A stretch of DNA of 64,000 nucleotides from the human T2T-CHM13v2.0 reference genome, Homo sapiens. The stretch is from assembly GCF_009914755.1 (NCBI RefSeq), contig NC_060947.1; one strand, given 5' to 3'. The notes under the pieces were generated by a model, which was not told the DNA's origin, ran no database searches, and saw only the letters and a list, made by a program, of their open reading frames with translations. The position numbers were made by a program, and so were the translations under genes. Of the stretch, positions 18,290-34,109 are shown in pieces. The first letter of the stretch is position 1. Each line of letters begins with the position of its first letter.

Positions 18290-19215
18290 CATACTTGGTT
18301 TCCCTTAGCACTGCTAGATTGCCCTCCAAAAATGTCTTTTTGTAACTGACCCTCTTACTGGCAAGGCATGAGGGTTCCATGTTTGCCCACACCCTTGCCT
18401 CCATCTGGATTATCTGACTTCCATGTTCTGACAAATCTGTTGGGTTTAAAATGACATTTCAAAAAAAAATAACATTTCATTTTAATTTGCATTTCTTAGA
18501 TTATTAATAGAGTTGCACATTCATATACTTGTTTAGCCCTTTGGATTTTTCATTCTGCCACTTGCTTATTGATATCCTTTGCCCAGTTTTCTATTGTGTG
18601 TGCTAACTTTTTCTGTTTGATCCATAGAAATTTCTTGTATATTCTAGATTGGAGGTCAACAAATTATGGCCTGCAGGCCAAATCTTGCTCACTGCCAATT
18701 TTTGTACATAAACTTTTATTGTGTTTTATTGGAACACATTCATTCATGTATTTGATGGCTGCTTTTGTGCTACAATGGCTGAGTTGAGCAGGTGCAACGG
18801 AGATCATATAACCAAAAGCCTAAAATATTTGCTATGTTTTACAAATATTCAGAACAACCCATGTTCCAGATATCAGTCTACTTCCAGAACAACCCAAGTC
18901 CTAGATATCAATCTCTTGTCCATTGTAGATGCTGCAAATAACTTTTCCCAGTTTGTCACTCGTCAGTAAATTTTATTTATGAGGTTGTTTGTTGAACAAT
19001 GATCTTTAGTTTAATATAGTAAGATCCCTTAATTTCTTGAGTTATTGTTTGTGTTTTGTGGGTCTTATTGAAAAAGTCCTGTCCTGTCCCAGAGTCACAA
19101 CAGTATTCGCTTACATTTTCTTCTATTTGCTTTAAAGTTGTACTTTCATGATGAGATCTTTAATTTCTGGAATATATGATATGAGGTAGGGAATCGAGGT
19201 TTATTTTTCTATATA
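18290..19215 (-). mobile_element. L1ME-like fragment
   Basis: gctagattgccctccaaaa...tttaatttgcatttct...atatcctttgcccagttttctattg...atgaggtaggg. Confidence 0.7.
18650..18863 (+). mobile_element. MER58A (hAT-Charlie)
   Basis: ggtcaacaaattatggcctgcaggccaaatc...ttttattggaacac...aaagcctaaaatattt; TSD-like ttctagat/ttccagat. Confidence 0.75.
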
Positions 19216-19861
19216 GACTTAACTATCCTTAAAATAAACATCATAGTATTTTCTTTTGAAGACTATTATATACAACAGCTTACATAAAGTAGTTAATATG
19301 GTGCCTGGGATGCTCAAGTCATTACTGGTATTATGAACTTAAAGTACTTATTTTCAGAATGCAGGATTAGGACTTAATTTGCCCTGAGATCTCAGTGTGT
19401 ACTGGTGTTAGATGTTGCCTCCTTTTGATATGCCTTCTAGGCTTCCAGTGCCTTCAAGCTGGTTCTGATTGTCCAGAGTATCTTGCAGGCCTTGGCTCTT
19501 TTAAGCATTTCTTCCCCCAATCAAAATGGACCAACAATCGCAGTATTTAAGCAAATGGCTAAGGATTTTGCTTCCTGTAACTAGTGAAAATAACCTGTGT
19601 TCATGAGTGTATTTGCTGATAGTAACATAGGCCAGCATTTACATCTGGTCTTATGAAAACAGCATATTAACTCAGAAGGAAGCACTATGAGAAACCAATA
19701 TAGGAGAGAATTCAGGATAGGATGGCCTTTGAAGCCACCAAATCAGACAATAAAAAACTTTCTACTCTGCGCATGGTCTGGGATCTTATATTTCAAAATA
19801 ATCTGTTTTTTACATGTTCATTTTAATTTGCATTTTGTTGTTGTTAGAAAAGAGGCTAAAG

Positions 19862-20122
19862 TTTTTAATTTTTTTCGAGACAGGGTCTTGCTCTGTCACC
19901 CAGGCTGGAGTGCAGTTGGCACGATCACAGCTCACTACAGCCTTGACCTCCTGGGCTCAAGCAATCCTCCCACCTCAGCCTCCTGAGTAGCTGGGACCAC
20001 ATGCACGCACCACCATGCCCAGCTAATTTATATTTTTATATATATATTTATATATATATATATATATATAATGTTATATATATATGTATATACGTACATA
20101 TATATACACACATATATATGTG

Positions 20123-20156
<34 letters not shown>

Positions 20157-20277
20157 TTTTGGCAGAGGCCTTGCTGTGTTGCTCAGGCTGGTCTCAAACT
20201 CCTGAGATCAAGTGATCCTCCCTCCTGCCTTGGCCTTGCAAGGTCCCAAAGTGCTGGGATTATAGGCGCACTCAGCT
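19862..20277 (-). mobile_element. AluJ with a (TA)n expansion in the central linker (~20030-20160)
   Basis: Two monomers separated by TA-rich repeats and polyT. Confidence 0.9.
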
Positions 20278-20707
20278 TAAACTTCTTTGTTAAAATGTGT
20301 GTGCTTTAGTAGATTCCTTATCCATATCCTTTGCCCGTTATTTCCCTTCAGTGGTTGTCACCTTCTTATTCCTTTTCATTGTTCAGGAATCACATTTTTA
20401 CAAAGGATTTACAAACATATTTGACCATACCTTACAGTTCCTTGGCTTTCATACTTTATTCCTAGCAGTCTTTTCTTACCTTTGAACCTCTTTGTTTCCA
20501 TCTTTTAATGGCTTCTACTTTTTTCCTAGCCTTTATGTATTACCAGAAATCTATAATGGGAGGTAGCACTGTGCAATTTATAACATATTCCCTTCTCCAG
20601 TTTAGGGTACCCCTTTTCTGTCGAGGAAATACCTAGGGAAAAGAAGTTAGAACAGAAGGAGATAGGCCTTTATAGAAAAATAATTTCTTATCAGAAAATA
20701 AATACAC

Positions 20708-21020
20708 TTTTTTTTTGTTTTTGTTTTTGTTTTTGAGACGGAGTCTCGCTCTTTCGCCCAGGCCGAAGTGCAGTGGCGCGATCACGGCTAACTGCAAGCT
20801 CCGCCTCTCCGGTTCACGCCATTCTCCTGCCTCAGCCTCCCGAGTAGCTGGGACTACAGGCGCCCGCCACCGCGCCCGGCTAATTTTTTTTTTTGTATTT
20901 TTAGTAGAGATGGGGTTTTACCGTGTTAGCCAGGATGGTCTTGATCTCCTGACCTCGTGATCTGCCCGCCTCGGCCTCCCAAAGTGCTGGGATTACAGGC
21001 GTGAGCCACCGCGCCCGGCC
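20708..21020 (-). mobile_element. AluY
   Basis: ctgcaagctccgcc, ttcacgccattctcc, gttagccaggatggtc; CpG-rich; TSD aaatacact. Confidence 0.93.
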
Positions 21021-22967
21021 AGAAATACACTTTAATCACAGAGAACAGGTTAATGAAAATAAATTGTGATTTATTGAAAACAAACAGGGTTGTATTATGC
21101 ATAAACTGGTAAGCCAGTGTTTAAACTTGACAATATATTACAAACACTTTTATGTTATTAATATTCTAATGTTATTTCAGTGGCCATATAATATTGCAGT
21201 GTTAAATATGCCGTAATTTAATCAACCCCTATTATTTCTAATTTTGCATCATTATAAATAAAACTGTTAGGAATATCCTTACAACTAAATCTTTTTGCAT
21301 TCTATGACTCTTTAGACAATTCTAGAAACTCTTAGGAAAATCCTAAAGATGACTTTCTTAAAGCATGAACAGTTATATATATAGTATACATTTAATTTTT
21401 TTTCTGTTAGTTGGGTATCCGAAGATGGCATCTTGTTTTAATTTGTACTTTTTGATTTTTAAAAAAAGTTGAATATTTTAAAATGTGTTTATTGGCCATT
21501 CTCTTCTTTTTTTTAATCCACAACCTTTGCCCATTTTTCATGTGAGGGATTATCTTTTTACTGCTTTTCCTCGTAAGCTCAGCTATAGCATTCAATTTGT
21601 TACATGTAAATATATTAAAACTTCATTTAAGTATAATGCTTATTTTTGTTTTCAATATATTATTGTTTGTCAATCTTTGTTTTGTTTACTGCCTTTGGTG
21701 ATATGTTTTGGAAGTTTCCCCCACTCCGAGATTTTATAAATATTCACATTTTCTTGTAATAATTTTGTGATCTAATTTTTTAAAATATTTAACTCTTTAA
21801 CCCACATGGGATATATTTTCATGTTGGTGCAAAGTAGGGATATAATCTTATGTTTTGTTTTCCTCAAATGATTGGCCAGCCATCCAAAAGAGACGGCTAG
21901 TCTTCATATGAGAGGCAACTATTTATTAATTTACTTTTACAATTCAGTAATACAATGAAATGAGTATATACCTCATGTGTTTCATTAGAATAGAGTGCTT
22001 AAATCTTTTTTTTTCCTTTAGGTGGCTTTTTTTTTAATGGAAATAGTGTTTCTCATTCCTAAACAATATAGACTAGCAATCTGGAGATTACCCTTAACAT
22101 ATATCATTATCTAAAGGTACGGTTTTCACCACCTTCTTAATTAAAATATTTTTTGCTTCATAGATTTTCAAGCTTTAACTCTTCTATCTATCTCTGAATC
22201 ATTTACTATTCATTTTTAAAGGTTAAAAAGGCAATCTGTCTTTAGAACAGATATCCTGATTTTAAAGTAAGTATTTTATCTTCATCTGTTTTCGTTATAT
22301 AACGATTAAGCATGGAACATTGCATTTCTTGATTACTTGTTCAAATACATGCATTAATTTTTATTGTCATAATTTAAATCATGAAAATTAGGGGTAATGC
22401 AGATACTATGAATTTGTATTTTATTATAAGATTTAAACTGTTTTTTCTATTTATAATAAATGATGAGTTTAAAAGAAGTTGGTTAGCTGTGCTTTTTTCC
22501 TATTTGAAATGTTTTTCTTCTGAGCTCACTGTAGTTGGTTTTTAAGCTTGTCAAACTTTAGAATATGAGTCTTACACATATGATACACTAAGAGATGGCT
22601 ATTGGTTTTAAAAAGTTCCGTTTTTCATATTCATGCCTATTCTTTAATCACTGGAACCAATACATAAAGTCTTTCATTCATTTAACAAATGTTTATTACA
22701 CAATTATTATGTGCCAGGCACTGTTCTAGGCTCTGGGGATACAGCAGTAAATAATATAATTTTTCTCTTTTGTATTTTGTAAGAAAAAATCCCATTTGTT
22801 TTTATACGTTAAGGAGAGTCTGCACTTTAGCCTCATCACAAATAGGAAGCCATTGAAAATTTCAAGCAAGATTTGCCTTTTGGATGGATCATCTCAGCTA
22901 AAGGTAAAGCATGAATGGGAGAATAGCAAGTCTGGTAGCAAAGAAATTAGTTAGAAGACTATTTCAC

Positions 22968-23276
<309 letters not shown>

Positions 23277-23424
23277 TCAGTAATCTTCAACAAGAGATGA
23301 CAGTGATGGCGAATACAGTGGTGGCAGTAGAGATCAGAAGGAAGAAGAGAACAAACCAAAAGTAGACTCCACTGTATTTGATGGTTAGGCGTGTATTAGG
23401 TTCAAGGAGTCAAGAAGGCAATGA

Positions 23425-23798
<374 letters not shown>

Positions 23799-24225
23799 CA
23801 ATTTGGAACTCTCGAGTTTGAATACCTGAGAGACTTCCAAGTGGAGATGGCGAGTAGGTAGTTGTATGTACAGATCTGGAACTTAGGAGAAATTAGTTGG
23901 AGATGCCATCTGTGAGTTGATGCACCCCAAATACATAATTGAACCCATGGAAGTGCATATTGTCCAGCAAAAACAGGGAAAAATGAAAAGGGAAGGTGTC
24001 CTAGGATAAAGATCTCAGGAATAACGGCATTTAAGTTAAAAAAAAAAGTACAGGAATAGGAAACAAAGGAGCTTCAGAAAATTAGAAGGAAAACTGTAAG
24101 AGTTTGGTATTAGAGAAAGGGAAGAGAATGTGTCAAGAAGAGGGGGATGTCCATAATATGAGATGTTGCTGAAAGAGAAATGATGTCGGATGAGGACTGA
24201 AAAATATCCATGGGTTCTAGTAGAA

Positions 24226-24754
24226 CAGCAGTCCCCAACCCTTTTGGCACCAGGGACTGGTTTCGTGGGAGACAATTTTTCCATGGACCAGAGGTGGGGG
24301 ATGGTTTCAGGATGATTGAAGCACATTACATTTATTGTGCACTTTATTTCTATTATTATGGCATTGTAATATATAATGAAATAATTAGACACCTCACCAT
24401 AATGTAGAATCAGTGGGAGTCCTGAGCTTGTTTTCCTGCAACTAGATGGTCCCCCGTCTAGGGGTGATGGGAGACAGTGACAGATCATCAGGCATTAGAT
24501 GCTCATAAGGAGCATACAACCTAGGCCCCTTGCATGCACAGTTCACAATAGTGTTCTCACTCCTATGAGAATCTAATGCTGCCACTGACCTGATAGCGGG
24601 CAGATTTCAGGTGGTAATGCAAGCAGTGAGAAGCAGCTGTAAACACAGATGAAGCTTCTCTGGCTCACCCGTCGCTCACCTCCCGCTGTGCAGCCCAGTT
24701 TGTAACAGGCCATGGACCCGTACCAGTCCGTGGCCTGGGGGTTGGAGACCCCTG
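24226..24754 (-). mobile_element. MER1A (hAT-Charlie), full length
   Basis: TIRs cagcagtccccaac / gttggagacccctg; perfect 8-bp TSD tagtagaa (24218-24225, 24755-24762). Confidence 0.9.
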
Positions 24755-25491
24755 TAGTAGAAGAGTTCATAGATGATCTTGAGAGAGAAACTCTAGTGTG
24801 GCAGGAGAAGTTGAGCCAGGTTGGAGTGGATGCTGGATGGTGGAGTGGGTGGGGTGTGTGCGGGTAGAGACTGCAAATACAGAAAATGCCATCGAGAAGT
24901 TCCATTTGGAAGGGGAGGAGAGAAAAACTGTGGGACCTAGTGAAGGATGTAGGAGAAAGTTGTTATCATTGTTTTAGCAATAGGAGAATTGTGTGCATGT
25001 TTTTGGTGCTAATGGAAAGGACCCGAGATAAAATAATTGAGGGAAGAGATGGGAGCCAGGGCACGATAGAGCCTTCATTAAGAGGGATGCCCTTTCTAAG
25101 AGGAGGAAAAATGGATGCAAGCATAGTTGTCATGGTTTTGATAGAGAACCTCATGTGGCTGTCCATCAAACATCACTTGAGTCATAGGTGTCTAGAACAC
25201 TATTTTGCACCTTAGAAATATTTGAATAGACACCTTAGAAATCTTTGCTGAGTAAGACAGATTCCTCGCATAGCTGCAAGAAGCTTAGCCAAACCCATTT
25301 CTAAATTAAAACTACCAGCAAAGAGGTACTTGAGTAATAGGCACAGGGTGCTCAGCTCTGGGCTAATAGCATTGAATGTCCTGATTTTTAGAATGTTCTG
25401 TGCTTAACTTCTCAGGCAACACAGGCTGAAGTATAAGAGTTGAAGGGATTTAGAATAAGTCATTGTTTCATTAAAAATTATTTTTGGCTGA

Positions 25492-25855
<364 letters not shown>

Positions 25856-26741
25856 AAGTTCCTGAAATCTCTTATCTGTCTAAAAGCAGAATCTACCAAA
25901 AAACAAAACAAAACAAAACCCTCGATTGCCATAAATCCCCTCCCTGAGAGCAACATAGATGGAGATGACAAGTTGGCACCACACCCAAACAGACATTGTC
26001 ACCAAACTCATATCTCCCATCTATTCTCCTAAGGGTTCATTTATCTTTCAAAAAAAATCTTTATTTTTCCATAAATGCCCTTCCCTAATCCCCTTCTAAG
26101 AAGTTATTAGTTCTCCCAGAAGTGTCCTCTGACCCTCCCCATCCCCAATTAAGATGGTATGTGATATGGTTTAGCTGTGTCCCCACCGAAATCTCATCTT
26201 GAATTGTAGCTCCCATAATTCCCATGTGTCATGGGAGGGACTCAGTGGGAGGTAATTGAATCATGGGGGCGGGTCTTTCTCATGCTATTCTCGTGATAGT
26301 GAATAAGTCTCATGAGATCTGATGGTTTTATAAAGGGATCTTCTCCTGTACATGCTGTCTTGCCTGCCACCATGTAAGACATGCCTTTGCTCTTCCTTCA
26401 CATTCTGCCATGATTGTGAGGCCTTCCCCAGCCATATGGAACTGTGAGTCCATTAAACCTCTTTCCTTTATAAATTACCCAGTCTGTCCATTAAACCTCT
26501 TTCCTTTATAAATTATCCAGTCTCAGGTGTGTTTTTATTAGCAGCATGAAAATGGACTAATACAGTGTATAAGCCCCAAATTCTAACCACCTCCTTGAGT
26601 CACATTTCCTTGTGAATTTCCATGCCAACCAACATAATTAAATGTTGCTGTCTCTTGTGAATCTGTCTTTTATCAGTTTAATTTACAGGGCTCCAAGAAA
26701 AGAACCAAAGAGGGCAGAGGAACAGTTTTTCCTCTCTGACA
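25856..26741 (+). mobile_element. ERV1 LTR (MER34/MER39-like), 5'-truncated, interrupted by THE1B
   Basis: tataagccccaaattctaaccacctccttgagtcac...aatctgtcttttatcagtttaatttacagg...tttttcctctctgaca. Confidence 0.6.
26162..26564 (+). mobile_element. THE1B solo LTR (MaLR)
   Basis: tgatatggtttagctgtgtccccacc...gaataagtctcatgagatctgatgg...ggactaataca; internal 38-bp duplication at 26448-26523. Confidence 0.88.
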
Positions 26742-27499
26742 GAATAAAAGGGCATGATGTTTGAAGCTTACTTCCAAATGGTTCTGAGAGAATGAGCTAA
26801 TAGAGCAAATGTAGCAAAACATTAACAATTGTTGAATCTGGGTGAAGGATTTGAGGGAGTTTTTGGTACTGTTCTTGAAACTTTTTTTTGAAATTATTTC
26901 AAAATAAAATTATTTTTAAAAGAAGAATAAGCTTCTGCATTTATTCATCACCTCTGCTTTTTTTTTTTACTCTATTTCCACTTTCAACACTTTTTTACTC
27001 ACAACTTCCTATGAGTGGAAAGGATGAGGAATTTGAAAGACAGGGCTGCCTTTTGGGTTTGTGCAAAATCTCTGTGTCTTAATTTGTCTATCTGTAAAAT
27101 GAGGATAATATCTTCAAACGTTTGCTACATGAACTGAGATGAGGATACAGTAGGCCCTCAATAAATGTTATTGCCTACCCTTCTAAGACCAGTTCAAGTC
27201 CTATTTCCTTTATTAAGTCTTCCCTCATCACATCCATGATAAAAATTTATTTTATATCGTACCATACATTTAGCTAAATGGCTTTCTCATACATTACCTC
27301 ATTGAATTATCCCAATAACCTTACAAGTTAGGTTATCATTTTCTCTACATCATAGATAAGGACATTTAATGAAGTTAAAAGATTTGGCTAAAATCACACA
27401 GTCGGTCAATAGAAATAACAGAATGAAAACTCAGGTTCTTTTAGCCCCAAGTTGTATCCTCTATGTTATACCACAATTTGATATTTCTCCTACTCAAGT

Positions 27500-28490
<991 letters not shown>

Positions 28491-29618
28491 TATAAACACT
28501 TGTGCTCATGGCACTCATGTACAACTTCGTGTGTCCTTATTTTCTTTCCTGGTTTATAAACTCCTTGGGGGCTGAAATCCCATGCTTTCTCTTGGTATTG
28601 CCACGCTCATAGTGCCTCGTTCATAACAGTGCCCAATGAACTCTCTTGAATGGGTAGATACAGGCCACTCTAAAGTAGAAAACGATCCCTCTCCTATACT
28701 TGATGAAACTTGTATACAGTTTCATCACTGCTGTCAGCTATTGGAGACAAGGAGCTGGACAAGCATAATTGTTCTCCCTACTATTGAAACGGGAGCCAGA
28801 CGAATTAAGAAGATTCCCCAGGTTGGAAGTATGACAGGCAGGTGAACTTTAGTCAAGTAGAATTAGCTCTCTGCCCAGTGTAAAAACGTATATGCAGTAT
28901 TCTTCAAAGAGGAAAAAATCTCATCTTTTAGTCATATGAAGTGAGAGAGAGTTTGGTCGTGGCTTTTTTTTTTTTTTTTTTTTCCCTGAGAAAAAGAAAT
29001 GAGATCTGTCAAGACTGAACTTTGCAGGAGAGAAATCATCAATCTTTGGTGTCATCTGAGTGCATTGGAAATGCATTTGCCTTGTCTTGCGGTTTGATTG
29101 TTGTCTAATCCCTGTAAACATTAAAGGATAAAAACAGGAGAAATGGAACAAGAAATATGTGGGATCCAGGTTTTAGCTGTGCTGCCCGCTGGTGACTTTC
29201 GAGGTGAAGCTTTCAGGTCCCTTCTCCCTAGCACACCCATGCCTCCACCTCTATGAAGCAATAGAGCTTCAAGGGCAAATCTGGCCTCAGAGCCCAGAGG
29301 GGAATATGGCCACATCAGGGACCACCCCAGGAGACTCAAAGGCCTGCATCTCTTTGTCTTGCAGGAGTTGCTGCTGGACCACATGACACCAGTCCCATTC
29401 TTGAAGCAGAATGTTCAAAGAGTGTGTACAAAATGCAGAAGCCACCCATTTCCAAGAAAAACGGCTATGCTTCAACCAGCCTAAGTCTACTGCAAGCAAG
29501 GGCACCCATAAGAGATGGACCTTGAGGGATTCAACCTAACTAACTGTGAGTAAGGACGTCTAGCACATTTTGGAGAGTACTGGTATGAGACAGATTCCAA
29601 ATAAAATAACCGGAGGCA

Positions 29619-29787
29619 GGCTGGGTGCAGTGGCTCATGCCTATAATCCCAGCTCTTAGGGAGGCAGAGGCAGGAGGATAGCTTGAGCCCAGGAGTTCGA
29701 GACTTGCCTGGGCAATGTAGCAAGACCCCATTCTCTACAAAAAGGAAAAAAACAAACAAACAACAACAACAAAAAAAAAAAAACAAG
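29619..29787 (+). pseudogene. BC200 (BCYRN1) retropseudogene
   Basis: Monomeric Alu with BC200-type segments cccagctcttagggaggc, ggatagcttgagcccagg, gacttgcctgggcaat, ccccattctc, aaaaaggaaaa. Degenerate TSD aaataac(cgg/tct)aggca. Confidence 0.8.
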
Positions 29788-30077
29788 AAATAACTCTAGG
29801 CAGCCTGTAACATACTAAATTATTTCCCATTAGCACATTAGCACATAAACACCATTAGCACATCTTTTTGAATATGTAAGGTCTGTGGAGATAAGACTAC
29901 ACACAGGATCTCAAAGAATCTCCCTTACTAAGGGGGAAATCAAGTTGGCTTTTATCCTAGCAACTTACTTAAGCCTTAACATACTTACAATTGTTTTACA
30001 TAGTATATAATATTTCCCATACTTGATTGTGTTTCTTAAGTTTCATTTTTAATTTTCAAATCAAAACAGGAAATATG

Positions 30078-30364
<287 letters not shown>

Positions 30365-30881
30365 CAGAAAATATAGAGAAGAGGTAGCTATTTAGAATGC
30401 TTGTAGAACTTTTGTAACATTACTGTTTTTTAGACTGAGGAACATTCTCCAAAAATATGATTTTGCACACACTTTTGATTGCCTAACCAAAAGTCATTTC
30501 TCTCTCTCTTTCCCTTCTGGCAGGGCCTGCTTCCCATAAGAAGGGCTAAAAATGCCAGACACTCTCTTTCAGCCTCTTTTGCAGGTAGGGCTGGCCACAT
30601 GACCCATCTGGTCAAATTAACCTTTCAGCCACACCCTCCCAAAAGGCTTTTAGAAAGATTTTTCATGGTAATGAAAACAACAGATATTCAAGGAGAGCTT
30701 TTTTTCCCCACCTCTTCCTTCCTGACATTTCATAGGCATTTCATTTCATGGGAGCTATGGAAGCTATATTGCAGCCATTAAGCAGTAGACAAAGCGAACG
30801 TGCTGAGGATGGCAACAAACAGGGATGGAAAGAACCTGGATCACTGATGATGACACTGTTTAGCTTGGGACCATCACCTTC

Positions 30882-31331
30882 TGTATTAGTCAGGGTTCTC
30901 TAGAGGGAGAGAACTAATAAGATTTATATATATATACATAAAGGGGAGTTAATTAAGTATTAACTCACACAATCAAGAGGTCCCACAACAGGCGGTCTGC
31001 AATCTGAGGAGAAAGGAGAGCCAGTCCGAGTCCCAAAACTGAAGAACTGGGAGTCCGATGTTTGAGGGCAGGAAGCATCCAACACGGGAGAAGGATGTAG
31101 GCTGGGAGGCTAGGCAAGTCTAGTCTTTTCACATTTTTCTGCCTGCTTTATATTCTACCCATGCTGGCAGCTGATTAGATGGTGCCCACCCAGATTAAGG
31201 GTGGGTCTGCCTTTCCCAGTCCACTGACTCAAATGTTAATCTCCTTTGGCAACACCCTCACAGACACACTCAGGATCAATGCTTTGCATCCTTCAATCCA
31301 ATCAAGTTGACACTCAGTATTAACCATCACA
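30882..31331 (-). mobile_element. MLT2A1 solo LTR (HERV-L)
   Basis: Reverse complement begins tgtgatggttaatactgagtgtcaacttgattggattgaagg and ends ...ccctgactaataca; 450 bp; 5-bp TSD ccttc/cgttc. Confidence 0.88.
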
Positions 31332-31384
31332 CGTTCTAAACACCTTATTATGTAAAATGATACAATCCTGTTGGATATGCCACC

Positions 31385-31675
31385 TTTTTTTGAAACAGGG
31401 TCTCACCCTGTTGCCCAGGCTACAGTGCAATGGCATGATCACGGCTCACTGCAGCTTCAAACTCCTGGGCTCAAAGTGATCCTCCCATGTCAGCCTCCTG
31501 AGTAGCTGGAACCACAGGCATGTGCCACCATGCCTAGCTAATTTTTTTTTTAGAGAGAGACAGGCTCTTGCTATGTTGCCCAGGCTGGTCTCGAACTCCT
31601 GGGCTCAAGTGATCCTCCTGCCTCAGCATCCCAAACTCCTGGGATTTTAGGCATGTGGAGCCATTGTGCGTGGCT
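31385..31675 (-). mobile_element. AluJ
   Basis: Dimer with J-type segments. Confidence 0.9.
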
Positions 31676-32611
31676 GGATATTGTTTTTACCACTTTTAGC
31701 TGGATATTGTTATTCACAGCTGAAAGCACCTTAACATATTCAATGCGATTTTAAATACAGTCCAAGTGGAACCTATTTTACACCAAATATTGACTAACTT
31801 TCTGTCAGACATTGGAAGGCCATGTTCCTAAACATAAGCATATGAGAAAATCCTTGTAATGATGAGATAAAGGGAGTTTGCCAGTTTAAACACCCGCGGG
31901 TTGCCCTGGCAAATGTCAGGTGTCACAGGGTCGGAAAGATTAGTTCATAATGTACTAGGAAAAACATCCTGCAATGTATATGAAAATATATATTGTAAAA
32001 AATCTTTTTGGCTAAATGTATTGGCACGATTATTAGAATACAATCTAGAAACATTTACTTTAAATTTTAAGAGCAAAGACAAGACTTCTAATCTTAATTA
32101 GTCAAAGTTTTTCTTAAGGATTTCAATTCAAATGTGTCCTTTATTCTGATTGTGATGGGACTTTTGATTTCTCCTATTTGAAATGCCATGTGAATGTCTT
32201 AGAAAACCCAGACATCTGACCTTATATTTTACTTGATAAATTGAAAAAGCCACTTGCTGATAAAATTTTGTTATTCACAGGTATTACATGAGTGAATTCA
32301 TTTTTCTACTTGCTAGTTTTCTAGACAACTATCTTCATTAAAATTTTAGATTACTGTAATTTACATGGAGTTCACACATTCAATTTACAGATTTAGAATA
32401 CTTAATCAATTGATGTCCATTTTATTTTTTCATTTAGTTGCTGAGATAAGACATCCATTTTTCTCAAAATGTATCAGGTCAAGCTAAAAAAAAAGAAATG
32501 AAATTAATATGAAAATATCTATTAAAGGACATCAGTGTCCAAGCTCACCATCCTTTCTAACTATCTTTCATCTGAACATAGTCAGGGCTTATACAATAGA
32601 ATTAAATATAC

Positions 32612-32798
32612 CATCCCAGAGGACACCTGGCAGTGTCCAGAGACATTTTTGGTTGTCACAACATGGAGGCGCAGTGCCACTGGCATCCTTGGTAGAGGAC
32701 AAGGATGCTGCTACACATCCCACAGTGCACAGGACAACCCCCACAGCAAAGAATGCTCCAGCCCAAAATGTCAATAGTGCCAGGGTTAAGAAACCCTG
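32612..32798 (+). mobile_element. MER20 (hAT-Charlie), partial
   Basis: ggcagtgtccagagacatttttggttgtcacaac...gcccaaaatgtcaatagtgccagggttaagaaaccctg. Confidence 0.85.
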
Positions 32799-33094
32799 TT
32801 CTACACCAAGCACCTTGATGTCTAAAATACAACACAAACTGGTTCTTTGTTCATTAGAATTCCTACAGAGGAAAGAATAGATTACTATCATTTTACAGTC
32901 ATCTCAACAATTGAAGTCAGGAGAAGCCTTGATTCTTATAAACTGCAAAACATTAGTTTGAAGTCTAGTTTGTAGGTATCATTTGTTTTCTATGAGGAAT
33001 TCCTTCTTTTGATGTTATATTTTCTTTCATTCAAAGACAGGACTTACATGAGCCTTCCTTTCTGCTGTTCCTTTTCTTAAAAAAAAATGTCTTA

Positions 33095-33491
<397 letters not shown>

Positions 33492-33893
33492 TTATATGGC
33501 TATAGGAAAGTCACTTAGAGAAACTTTCACTGTGCCTCAGTATCTCCCTGAGATGCCTGCCTTGCTTGTAGAGATAATGTGAAAACATTTCACTTGGAAA
33601 TAAAGTCACCATCCAAATCTAAGATCTGATATAAAAGAGATGATAAAGAACACTAAGTTCACATTACTCTTCCTGGTATTTTAAATGTCTTTTCTATCTT
33701 TGAAAAGCTGACCTGGAACACAGAGAAGGGAATTTTTTTTTTCCTTTTAAAGATTCCTATGGAGGATTGTTCTGGAATCCATCAGAATGTTCTAATACCT
33801 AGCCTCTAATTTGTCATAATAAGGCATGACACATTACAATGTAGATTGATAAAACTGGTTTGGAAAGCAATTTATCCACACTCATCAACCTCA

Positions 33894-34109
<216 letters not shown>

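Larger units (their letters stand above)
30458..31735 (+). mobile_element. Old ERVL-type LTR (LTR33/41/50-like) split by MLT2A1 and an AluJ
   Basis: cagcctcttttgcaggtagggctggccacatgacc...gctgaggatggca...ggatggaaagaacctggatc...tgttattcacagctgaaagc. Confidence 0.5.

Noticed and set aside
24036-24905. 150-aa and 110-aa minus-strand ORFs
   Set aside because: Lie within MER1A and L2 sequence.
26419-26440. PRDM9 hotspot motif position in THE1B
   Set aside because: Reads gccttccccagccatatgg, not CCTCCCTAGCCAC; the motif is disrupted.
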